A stretch of 39,585 nucleotides of DNA from Anthoceros angustus (Eukaryota; Plantae; Anthocerotophyta): positions 1 to 39,585 of the forward strand of contig VJWM01000361.1 in assembly GCA_010909165.1 (NCBI GenBank), given 5' to 3'. Numbering within the stretch: position 1 is the first letter of the stretch; every line of letters starts with the position of its first letter. Below the pieces are notes generated by a model. The model was not told the origin of the DNA and did not search any database. It was given only the letters and a program-made list of their open reading frames with translations. The position numbers and the translations under genes are program-made. Shown in pieces: positions 22,983 through 33,967 of this stretch.

Positions 22983-23495
22983 GTTCATGTCAAATGCTTG
23001 CCCAAGCAATCGACACCGTTCCTTCTCGGTCACTCCTCGGATCATGCCAAAATCCTCTGGACTTGCTTCTTCACGCTCATGCATCTTGGCACATTCTCCA
23101 ACATGTATCCGAGGCCTTTCTTGCCCTTTACGGATCAAGCGCAAGATCCTCATCGGTCATAGAACAATGCTGTTCGTGGATCCTTCAGACCTTGACCCTT
23201 TCCTGCAGAGGATAGTCCTTGACACTCCCAACCTGCGATGACAAGGTCCACCGGTTGCCCAAGACAACTCAAATGGGACAACCCTATCATGCGAACATCC
23301 ATCGGCGCCCGGTAACCCTTCACCGACTCCACGTCGAGGTTAGGGTACTCCCCATCAAGTCTCTTACGGCTTCGTGACACAATCCTTGCTTTTGGATCCG
23401 GGTCACAATGCACGTATCTTCGCACTTTGATGCCACACTTGACGCTTCCAAGCGATGCGATGCCTCCAAAGAGTTCCACCATCACTATGCGTCTT
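22983..23495 (-). pseudogene. C5 cytosine DNA methyltransferase domain embedded in the retroelement polyprotein (frameshifted, central part deleted)
   Basis: Motif I VELFGGIA (23458-23480), acidic motif-II-like YVHCDPD, motif IV DLVIAGWECQGLS (Cys 23222-23224), then GLKDPRTALF, motif VI GYMLENVP (23087-23110, after a frameshift) and motif X-like ERCRLLGQAFDMN (22983-23022). Confidence 0.85.
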
Positions 23496-23829
23496 CCGAG
23501 GTCGCCATGTGATCACGGTGTTTAGGTCACAAACAGCTCAACCCTAGGCAAGAACTTGTTCTCGGCTCATAGGACCGGTCCTCTTGCACCATCCTCCACA
23601 GCTTTTGCGGCTCATTCTTTGCGATCACCAGCTCCGTCCGGTGACTTGAAGAACCTCCTCGAGGGTGGTTGCAACCCTAGCTTGTCTTCCTCCTCCTCGT
23701 CGAAATCCTCCATCGGTCGATTGCGGTTGTTAGACACACGCCAAGAGGTTCAAGCACGTATGGCGTGTCCTTCCTCTGTAAACACGGGTGAGCTGGCAAT
23801 GAGGTTCTCATGATCCTTGCCATGCGTTG

Positions 23830-24160
23830 AGGGATGCGGGCAATCCGTTCATCGGTTTTGCTCCAGCTTCTAAGACATCAAATGTGTCTGCATCAGTGAC
23901 CAAGCAGTGTACCTCAACAAAGGTGAAGTCTGCTGTTCTTGGTTTGAATGAAACCTTCAGCTTGTACCTTGTCACCCCAACACATGCTCCGTGGTCCCAG
24001 TAGATGCGGATCTTCCACTTGGTTTCCTTCAACCTTTCTTGGTGGAGACCCAACGCTTCCTTCACTCTTCTTCCAACGATCACCGGTGCTCGGTGTCAAT
24101 CAACACCCTCCTTGGTGCGAATCCATTGATTTCAATGTGCCTCTCCCGATTGTTGACCAA
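23830..24160 (-). pseudogene. Aspartic protease of element D
   Basis: IEINGFAPRRVLIDT(G)...IVGRRVKEALGL...FVEVHCLVTDADTFDVL. Confidence 0.75.
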
Positions 24161-24229
24161 AGCCACTCCCACTCGTGCGACATTCCGCTTCCACGAGATG
24201 CTTGGTTCGAGGTCGACAATGACATCATT

Positions 24230-25445
24230 ACTGTTGTGGCAAATCTTGGACACTTGCGTCTTCAAGGGTTGTCAACATCCGCCGAGTCAAACCCACGACT
24301 TCCTTCACGCTCAACCCCATGTCTTGTAGGTGAAACATGGCATCTCCGAGCTTTTGTGCCATCGTCTCGTCGACAATCGGCATGGGTTTCTCCACATCGC
24401 CCACTCGGACTTTGATGTTGCTCCCAGTTGCTCCTGTTGGCAATGGCTCAAACGACTTTGGCATCTTGGCATAGGTTCGGGAAGAGGATCCGAAGCTTCC
24501 TTCCGTGTCTTCCGTGACCGCAGTGTCAAGACATCCTCTTCTTCCTCGAGCTATCTTCTCGTAGCGAGGTTTCTTCCTGCCCTTGGATCCGTCAGCCGCC
24601 ATGTATCCAAGCTTGTGCTCATCTTCTTCGTCCTCGATGATGAACGCCGCCTCCTTGATCTTCGCCTTCCGCACCAACTTCTCCAGCTTTGCAAGGCGTG
24701 CCACGAGCCGCCCATCGCCTTCTTTGATGCTTCCGTTTCTTTTGTCCACGGGACTTCGCCTGCCTCCTCCACGCGCCTTTGCTCTTGATTTTGTGGATGA
24801 GGTTGGCGAGATGCATTGGCGGGGTTCTGCTCGATAACCCGTGAGGCCGCAATTCGGATGCTTCTCCCAACATGCCGCTTCATTGTGCCTGCATTCTCCC
24901 ACACCTAGGGCATGGCTCCTCACCCTTGACTCCTCCGAATGCATGCTCGCACTCATGAGGGGAATGGTCCATCCCTCGGCACCTCACGCAGGGCTCGCCA
25001 CTTGGGTGGGCTGGCTTGTCTCGAGCTCCTCCACTCGACCTCCGCGTCGGTCATGTCGTCCACCACTCCTACTTGTCTTTGGAGTAATCACTTGCAGCAC
25101 GAGAGAAAGTGTCACGGGCCCTATCTTGTCGACCATCTCGTACACTTCCTTGAGGGTGTAGTGTTGCCCTTCGTCGTGCACCGCTTGTTGCACCTTCATC
25201 GCGGTGCATATGGTCACGAAGTCGCGCCACATTTTGGCGCCTGCCGGGAATGAAATCGCCCAGCGTGGATGCGTGGAGGGCGTGAGGTAGTTAAGGACGA
25301 CCACCGAGAGGACGCCAGATCGCCGAGCGCCCGAGCGCAGTAACGTGAGAGGCAACGAGCTCGGCGAGGTCACCACCAATGTAAGCGTGGTGGGTTGTCG
25401 GATCGTGAGGAGGCGGCACCAAGTCAGTGCGGTAAGGAGGTTCCT
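24230..25445 (-). pseudogene. gag: gag of element D (5'-truncated)
   Basis: RLLTIRQ...AYIG-LAELVASH, KMWRDFV...YTLKEVYEMVDKI, and a CPRCGR..HNEAACWEKHP knuckle (~24860-24912). Confidence 0.6.
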
Positions 25446-25461
25446 CAACCCTTGCCGATCG

Positions 25462-27300
25462 ATGGCAACAACGTCGACCAAGCAAGCGTATTCCCTCTTT
25501 GGAGGTAAGAAGGAGAGGCCGAAACCTTCGTGGAGGATTTGTGTCGGGCAAACTTCAACGGAGAAGGTTCGGATCAGACTCATCCAAATTGCTCCAAGGG
25601 GTCCTCGGGGACAGCCTGGTACGGAGGAAGTACCGCCTAACTCCCCCTCGCAACCTTGAAGCATTGAAGGATGCCTTCTTAGAAAGATTCCGTGGAATCG
25701 ATCAAGAAGGCTACGTCTTGTCCAAACTCGAGAACACAGGCGAGGCAAGGCGGAGAAGTTGGGATCGTACATCGAGCGGTTCTGACGCTTGGGACCCACT
25801 CACACTACCATGCGGTGATGCGTTGGTTCGCGGTGGCTTATCCAAGCCAATGGCTAAGCACGTCTTCTTTGTTGGCGAAGAAGGATGTGAGCAAGGCGGT
25901 CGGGCGGAGAACTATGAAGAATCGATGCACCAACGGCCGAGGACTCCTCCAGGAGGAAAGAAGAAAAAGAAGAAACGGGGGTCGGACTCCGAAGATGAAG
26001 AACCCTCGGAAGAGGAGGATGATGAGACCGAGGTAGCATCGGAGGAGGAGGAAGAGGACTCTGAAGAAGAATCCGAGGATGTCATGGAAGAAGAAGAACC
26101 CGCCGAAGAATTAAGAAGAAAAAGCCCGTAGTCGGAGGGTGGAGAAGAAGGAGGTCATGATGCCCTTGCGATGCGAGAGGTCCGACCCGACTCCTTTGAA
26201 GGAAGTAGCGGGCCGAGGGAAGATCCGAACGGTAATGAAGAGGGTGGAGGAGTTGACGATCAACCGGTGAAGGATAAAGAACAGGCGAAGGCGGCCACCA
26301 CAGTCCGGACTCATACGTGGTGCGGTGTGTCACCAACATGGGCATTGGGCTAGCGCCCCTCGGACCCGTGAACCGGTGGAGTATGACTACGGGAAGAGTC
26401 GAGGAGCAGGTGGAGGATGCATACCAAGTGCAAGAAACCACCAGATCCTGTGACGGGGCGTGCACCCTCGGCTGGTCCATCCCATGCATCGACCTCCGAT
26501 GCACCGCATGGGAGCCCCTCCAGAATTCTCGGGCGGCGGTGGTGCTCAGGCTGTGGGAACCCGGGCACTACTCCAACGTGTCCACTTTTCAGCAAAACGG
26601 GACTTTGAGCGCTGTGTGGAGTATGTGCAGCAGGGGCATGGCGGCGGTACCTTGTGTCCGAATCCTCGTTCGAGGGCAGTGCGCTCGCCACCGCAGGCTG
26701 CGACGCCTCGCCTCCCTCCCTAAAAGCTGCGCCCGATTGATAGGACTTACGGTTGGCGGCGGAGTGGGAGGAGGCGCCGAGGAGCTTGGGCAGTGGTACA
26801 AGCAAGTTCGGCTAAGGAGGAGGAGGAGGAGGAAGAGGACTCAAGATGAAGAACCCTCGGAAGAGGAGGAAGGAAAGGAAAGGAGGCAGTTTAAGAGGAA
26901 GAAAAATGGGGATAGTCCACGGATACGGAGGGCGGAACACTGCGAAGGAGGCGCCAAGGAGGCGAGTTAAATCGGGCAGCTCGCCGGAAGAACCCAAAAC
27001 CCGGAAATGGGGAGAAGCGGACTCACCCAAGGCAACACCTTGATTCCACGGATGGTCCGAAGTAGAGATGAGGAAGAAATCGGCGGGACCCAGTGGTCCG
27101 ACCACCACAGGCGGTGGCGGCTGGAAGGTCAAGGCGGACGCGGACAAAAGGAGCCATCCACGCCTTTCAAGGTGGCCGACTTGATGATGGACCAACAACA
27201 CTTGGTGTCCCTTAGGCAGTTGTTAAAAGACAACCCGAAGTATCGGCAGGAAGTCCGGAGGGCCATCAGGGAGACACAACCACGCCGAAACTCCTTGGCC
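25462..27300 (+). pseudogene. gag: Gypsy B gag
   Basis: MATTSTKQAYSLFGGKK-EAETFVEDL, PRNLEALKDAFLERFRGIDQEGYVLSKLE, ENYEESMHQR, acidic tract, and a CSGCGNPGHYSNV knuckle (~26543-26583). Confidence 0.78.
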
Positions 27301-27309
27301 CGGAAGGGC

Positions 27310-30300
27310 AAGAACGTGGAGGTAAGGGTAGTATCTCATACGGACCCCGGGGCGCCAGTGGTTCAGGTAGAAATTGCGGGGTGTGTGATTAAGAACGTGC
27401 CCCTGGACACGGGGTCAGGAGTGAACCTCATCACGGAGGCCACCGCAAGACGGTTGGGGTTCACCGCCTTTGAGCCATCCACCAAAACCCTCAGGATGGC
27501 GGACATGTCACGGCGTGAGAGTTGTCCGAGTCCAAGCCACCATAGCGGAGCCCCTATACATTAGATTTGTCGTCATCGGACCACGGACCTCGGGGTGAGG
27601 TCTGTTAGGCGACCACAGTGGGGACTCGAGACAAAACTACACTTGGAAGGAAATACACTTCAAGCCGATGGGGATCCAAGGTGAGGGAAGGACGGGTAGC
27701 GATTACAGGTAAGGACACATCTTGTGGTGGCAAGTAAGCACCACGGTACACCTCCGCCAAGGCAGTGGGGACGATGAGCGCGAGGATACGAATGAGGACT
27801 ACCCTTTCCCAAAATCTCGTGGTCAGAAGAATGGACTAGGAGGGACACTTTGGAGGCGGAGGTGATCGATTGCTTCAAGTGGAAGTCGCGGAGGACGAAC
27901 AAAGGCGGGGAACCCACCGGATGAGGAGGACCCCGAAGAAGTGACCCGGTTCACCTCAGACGAACTCTTCCGAGAGTGGGGAATGCGTGAAGATGAACCG
28001 CGGGTGGAGGATGATGGCTTTGGGCGTAGCGAAGCGGCGAGGGAAAGAGAGACGGTCAATCCTGACGATGTGGAAGACGTGGAGGTTCGCCCAGGGAAAT
28101 TCCTAAAATTCCGCAAGGGTATGCCATCGGAGCTGAAACAAGACCTCACACAGTTGTTGGGGGAATTCAGCGAGGTGTTCGCTTTCAAGGTCACGGACAT
28201 GAAGGGCATTCCGAAACAGTGGGGCGAACACCGGATAGATCTGAAGCCAGGAGCGGTGCCTGTTCGGATTCGGCAGTATAAACTGAATCCCAAGCACTCG
28301 CTCAAGGTCAAGGAAGTCCTGGATAAGTATCTGGAGGCAGACATCATCTTCCCAATCGTGAACAGTGAGTGGGTGGCGCCCATTGTTGTCAAGAAAGCAG
28401 AAGGGATGTTCGTGTCTATCAGATCGGAGAAAGCTTAACGCCATACAGAAGGACCATTTCCCATGCCCTTTGTAGGCGACATCTTGGACAAGGTGGCGGA
28501 CATACCTACTCCTTCTTGGGCGGCTACTCGGCTACAACCCGCACCTAAGGGAGTCGGGAGGATAAGACAACATTCACCACGGAGTGGGGCGTTTGCCTAA
28601 ACGAAGCGCCGGATGACAGAGCACCGGATCATTTATGCGGATGGTGACCAATGTCTTAGATTTCGAGGACTTCATGGAGGTGTTCTTGGGCGACCCTGCG
28701 TGCGAGAAGAGGACAAACACGTTGGACATCTGCGGAAGTGCTTGGAGCGATGTAGGAGACTCAACTATGCATCAGGAATGCTACTTGGTGACGAGAGGGA
28801 ATCTTGTTGGGACACGCGTGTCGGCAAGAGGATAGAGGTGGACCAAGACAAGGTGAAGGTCATTCACCCTGCGGCCGCCTCGAACTTGAAGGAGTTACGA
28901 TTCACAGGCATGGTGGGTTACTATAGGCGTTTCATCCAAGATTTTGCAAAGCGGGCCTCCAACTGAGCTACTCGGGAAGGAGGAAGAATGGACTGGACAC
29001 GAGAAGGGAGGCGGCATTCGAGACCTCAGACCACTCGTCGGTGCCCAGTCAAAGGACCTGACTGGGAAAGCGGTTCCATGTGTATGTGGATGTCGCCTTC
29101 GCCAGTAGTGCTCGATCAAAAGATGATAAGCGGAGGGATCACCCAATCTACTACGCGGAAGACAGCTCACGCCGCGGAGGTACACTACTACGGAGCGAGA
29201 GGCATTGGGAATGGTATACAGCGATTGAAATTCGAGACACTACCGCCCAATGAGTTTGTGTTCTATGTTGATCACTTGGCTCAAGCACTTGGTGAACAAG
29301 GCGACTTGTCCGGACGGTGCGAGGTGGATTACTGTTCTGGAGTTCACATTTGAGGTGGAGACTAGGCAAGGCGGCAACACCAAAGCGACTTCTTGTCCAG
29401 TTAAAGCGGAGCCATCTGCGGGATCGAGGACGCCTTCCGGATGAGGAATTGGTGGCGGCGATAGAGGAGGAAGCAGGCCGGACAAACCCTAAGGCGGGAA
29501 TGCGGACCCAGCGGAGAAGGGAGGCGGGCGGGCGGCCCTCTTATGGAGTTGGAGCAGTACCTATGGGAGATGGAGCTACCAAACGCAACTCGGGCAGGGT
29601 CCAGGTAGCCTTTGTGCACTCGCTCGCCCTTTTGGTTGTATTTTGCATCTTTAAGGTGGGGCGGATGGCGTGGAGCGAAGGTACCTCCAGCAGTGAGACG
29701 GAGGTGGTAATAAAGGGATGCACGAAGGACTAGGTGGTGGACATTATGCGGTGGTCACCACCAAGAAAATCTTGGAGGTCTGAGGCGGCCTAGCCCAAGG
29801 AGGAAGAAGGGGTGGTGCGAGCCCCTCAAGGCGAAGGGAAGATAGGGCCGAGGCGATCTTGAGGCACAGGCAGGGGACCTGTTGGTTGATATCAGACTGT
29901 TGGGCCCCGGTCGAGTAAGGCGGTGGCCGGATCATTGTCCATTGGAACCTACTCACCAAGGTGGATCACCTTGGTGATAATCTGTATTCACACATGCGTA
30001 CGGGGAAAGGCGGGAGGAAGGATTATCTTGCCCGGTTTGAGGCCCATAGCTCGGGGCGAAGCCCTCGCCATCCGCATCCCCATACGATCCATGTATGGGG
30101 CATTTGAACTCCTCAAGGAGGAGCAGCGGGCTCGGGAAAGGGGAGAGGCCCTGCGGAAGTGGAGGCACGGGCGGGGGGGGCCGATCGAAAAAAGCGGACT
30201 CGGGAGGAGGGCGGGAGGATTCCGGACTCCATCGTGGAGCGGACCCCTCACCACCCGAGGGGAAATGGGAAGAAATTCCCTCCTCAGTGCCAGCCCAAGG

Positions 30301-31583
30301 CGGCCCGGTCAGCGAGGCGGCCCAGCCCCAGCCACCACGCGTGAGCCCGGGACCAGGAGGCAAGAGGCAAGACCACGGCTACACGCGGCACCTCGGTGCA
30401 GTGCCTCTTACCCACCTTACGGGTAAAAGCGGACCGGGAGGAGGCGAAGGGAAGATAGGGCCGAGGCGGAGGACAGGCAGCCGCACAGGCAGTCTGTCTC
30501 CGGCGGAAGAGGCAAAGGGCTTGCTCCGGACTCCCTCACCTCCTCAAGGCCCGGGAGAAAAGAGGCGGAGAACTCGACCAAAAGGGCCAAGGAGGGTGAA
30601 GCTCGGGAGCTCTCGGGACCTAAGGGTCTGATTAGGTCCGAGAACCCAGTCCGGACTTACTCGGGGTATGGAGGTCCTTGGTGGCCCACCATGTATGGGG
30701 AAACACACCAATTCGTGAAGAAGTGTGATGCTTGTCGGATCGGGCAACGCCACAACCAATGGCCGTTAGTGCCCATCTTGTGCACTAAGCGCCTTTTGAG
30801 AAGTGGGCATCGACTTCGTTGGACCTATGATAGCAGGCACACACAAAAGCGGTACATCTTGGTGGCAGCGGACTCACGCAGGTGGGTGGGCGGTCGCTAC
30901 TAGAGCGGACTCATGCGAGCACGGTGGCCAAATTCCTCTCACGAAAACATCACAAATGCGGTACGTTCATTTCGGTAGCGATAGAACCCATTTCCTCAAT
31001 GATGTGATAACGCAATGACGGACTATTTTGGCATCACACATCGTCGCCTCTACAACCCAAGGCCAAGCGGATTGTGAGAAGACCAATGGACTTATCACGC
31101 GCATCCTCAATAAGCTTACGGTTAACTATGCGCCGAGGGATACAAAGCTACCAGTGCTGGGCGTTGAGCGCGAGAAGAAGGTAGCTTCTGTGGAACTCGT
31201 ATTACGGTCTATGGGCACTCACCCGTTATGCGGTAGAGTTTGAGGTGCCAACACTCGGTCATGATGGAAAGGCGCTTAACGGATGAAGAGAGCCAAGCTG
31301 GGCGTTGCTAGGGTTTTGTTACATCGGAGGTCGGGAAGAGGCGCAATGATAAGCAATGCAGAATCAACGCAGTGGCATGATAGGCGCCTTATCGGGAGTA
31401 TGTGAAGGAGGAGATTTGGCCTTCTTCTTACGATGCCATATGCACTTTCGGGTAAACTCCACCTCGATGGATGGGACCTTACCAAGTGTGCAGTATACAA
31501 TGGGTCCGTTAAACTGGCGGTTGGATGGTGAAGTGCTGCCCACTCGGGTGAATGGGTGGCGGGTGAAAAAGTACCATGCTTAG
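27310..31583 (+). pseudogene. pol: Gypsy B pol (PR, RT, RH, IN), frameshifted, with an ~0.9 kb insertion in IN
   Basis: VPLDTGSGVNLI (PR ~27400); KLNPKHSLKVKEVLDKYLEADII...SEWVAPIV; MEVFLGD; GMVGYYRRFIQDF; DHPIYYA; MYGETHQFVKKCDAC; MGIDFVGP; TRVNGWRVKKYHA*. Confidence 0.87.
29781..30676 (+). repeat. Copy of B's own downstream segment (~32558-33482) inserted in the integrase zinc-finger region
   Basis: Insert and source are both bounded by GGAGGTC. Copy A is uninterrupted at the equivalent site (~16482). Confidence 0.8.
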
Positions 31584-31603
31584 TGTTGGCGGAGACGCCA
31601 ACA
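31584..31603 (+). other. 8-bp stem / GAGA tetraloop hairpin immediately after the pol stop codon (copy B)
   Basis: TAG|TGTTGGCG GAGA CGCCAACA. Confidence 0.6.
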
Positions 31604-32303
31604 GGTGAGAAGGGGAGTATGTGGACTACGGACTTCCCTTGAGGGTTAGAAAATAAGTAGGGTTTTGTTTTTTTGTAGGAGCGAAGGATAAAATAAGGCG
31701 GAAAAGGAGGAATAAGCATGGATAGCACTCGGGCACTCGGAGTATACTCGGACTCGGAGTGAGGCAACCTACCCCGGACCTACTATGGCGACACGCCGGG
31801 TAACGGATAAGTCCGGACCCACTCCAGTCCAAAGCAGGATAAAATACTGGAAAGTAACTTAGAAGTTGAGCCGTGAGAGGCAGACTAGGCGGCGCCACGT
31901 GGGCGGCCCCAGTGGAGGTCGGGGCATGCTGGGTGGCAGGACCGTGCTGCAGGGGCCGTTATAGCGGTATTCACGCCCATGCGCCAGCGTAAAACCGATG
32001 CAGCGGCGTAAGGCCGAGTAAGCGGGCGTAAGGTCGAAATAAGCCATGCGGACCTGCGCGATTCTACGGATAGGGAAGAGGCGCCTTCCGCCCGGTGATT
32101 ACTCCCAAAAGCGCGGCCGAAGGAAGGTCATTTCAGCAGCTCGAGACAATTCGCGATCTCTTGCGCTCGCAACCCAGCTCTGGCGGTATCTCTTTGGCGC
32201 CCAAGCACCTTCGGCGTGGTTCGCCGGTTGGAGCGACAACGCGGCGAGGAGGAGGCGCATCGTGCCCAACTCCGGTCGGCACCTCGGCAACAAGGAGGAG
32301 GCG

Positions 32304-33967
32304 ATGGCACCCAAAAAGCCTGCGGAAGTTTGGGAGCCATGGAACCTGTGGGCGCAACATTGTGACCGGCGCTATCCGGACTTTGGGCCTGGCTCCGAGG
32401 AGGAGGGAGTGGGAGTGGCATTTGGATGTGTTCCGGCGGTCGACGCGTTTGACAAGCGTCACTACGGTCGGAGTTTGCCGGAAGATGCTGGCGGCGGTCA
32501 ACAAGGAGGTGCGGTCCAAGAACCTCGGGAGGACCCAGGCGATGGACCTTGGAGGTCTGAGGCGGCCTACAACCGCCCAAAGGAGGAAGAAGGGGTGGTG
32601 CGAGCCCCTCAAGGCGAAGGGAAGATAGGGCCGACAACCGGCGATCTTGAGGCTGGGCAGGAGACAACCAGCGGTGGTTGATATCCGACTGGACACCGAG
32701 TAAGGGCGAGCCCGGATCATTGTCCATTGAACCGCCACCAAGGTGGATCACCTTGGTGATAATCTATTATTCTGCATGCGACGGGGGAAGAGGCGGTGGG
32801 AAGGATTATCTTGCCCGGTTTTGAGGCCCATAGCTCGGGGCGAAGCCCTCGCCATCCGCATCCCCATACGATCCATGTATGGGGCATTTGAACTCCTCAA
32901 GGAGGAGCAGCGGGCTCGGGAAAGGGGAGAGGCCCTGCGGAAGTGGAGGCATGCAAGGGCGCCGAGGTGGGGGGCCGACCCTCAAGGCCAAGCGGACCGG
33001 GAGGAGGCGGGAGGATTCCGGACTCCATACGTCCCGAACGGACCCCTCACCACCCGGGGGTATGGGAAGAAATTCCCTTCCCTCCTCTTGGTGCCCCAGT
33101 GCAGCAGAGCGGCCCAGGCCGCCACCACCACGGCGGAGCCCGCCGGACCGGAGGAAGAGAGGGCAACCACGCGGCACCTCGGGCGGTGCAGTGCCCTTAC
33201 CACCTTGCGGGTATGAAGCGGGGGAGGCGAGAAAGGGGCCGCCCGAGGCGGAGAAGGCGATGGACCTTGGAGGTCTGAGGCGGCCCGGGCAGTCTGTCCC
33301 GAGGAAGGCAAAAGGGCTTGCTCCGGACCCCTCACCTCCTCAGCCCAGGAGAAAAGAGGCGGAGAAGGGCTCATGCAAAGGGCCAAGGAGGGTGAAGCTC
33401 GGGAGCTCGGCCTCGGGACCTAAGGGTCCCGATTAGGTCCGAGAACCCAGTCCGGACTTACTTCTGATGCAGTATGGAGGTCCCCAAGGACAGGAAATGC
33501 GGCTCCCTACGGACTTTGTGGGAGCCTCACCGGTGGCGGCCGTGGAAGAAACAGTGATCACAGCTCCGTGTGGGATGCTTTGGGGTCTCTGGGATGGCCG
33601 AGAAGACCCGGAGGTAGAAGCCACCCGGGCGTATGGTACTCCTCCGGGAGGCGGTTGGAGGCCCGGGAGGCAGGAGGAGGCCAAGCTCGGATTGAGGAAG
33701 GAAGCGAGGCCGAGAGGAATCTGGTCCATTCGCAGGACGGACTAAATTCCTTCAGTGGAGGAGCGGTGCAGCAGGAGGCCCAAGCAGGTGAGGACCTCTG
33801 CAGTGAGGAGGGGTAGGCCGGAGGCGGAAGAGGCCGGGCGCAGAGAGGATCGGGACTGGCGGAGGCGGACAGGCGGGCGGATGAAGGTGGCCGAGGCGGA
33901 GCAGCCGACCGCGATCACTATCAGTGATCGAAACCGGTGGAGGAGGCTGGGGTAGCCACGGCCAATC
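32304..33967 (+). pseudogene. Accessory 3' ORF of gypsy B (truncated)
   Basis: MAPKK, NIVTGAIRTLG, KMLAAVNKEVRSKNL, PIARGEALAIRIPIRSMYGAFELLKEEQRARERGEALRKW; homologous to A 14878-13170. Confidence 0.6.

Larger units (their letters stand above)
21634..25445 (-). mobile_element. Gypsy-type element D, internally deleted, 5' end missing: gag - protease - C5 DNA methyltransferase - RT start - PHD tail - PPT - LTR
   Basis: Domains read on the minus strand; PPT AGGGGGGGAT abuts an AT-rich LTR that interrupts A gag. The right boundary is approximate. Confidence 0.78.
25462..33967 (+). mobile_element. Gypsy copy B (same family as A, inverted orientation), lacking both LTRs and truncated in the accessory ORF
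   Basis: gag-PR-RT-RH-IN-3'UTR-accessory ORF on +. Reverse-complement colinear with A from ~21633 down to ~13170. Confidence 0.88.

Noticed and set aside
25235-25248. TGGCGCC-TGCCGGG resembling an Asp-tRNA PBS for element B
   Set aside because: It lies within minus-strand D gag coding (PAGAKMWRDFV), no LTR precedes it, and it lacks the internal bases of the canonical PBS.
21634-25770. A/B inversion as a simple fold-back (template-complement) chimeric read
   Set aside because: The two arms are not mirror images around a point. A 4 kb unique spacer and copy-specific insertions and duplications distinguish them.
24984-25799. Single 271-aa minus-strand gene
   Set aside because: It is a composite: the antisense of B gag runs into genuine D gag across the fusion point.
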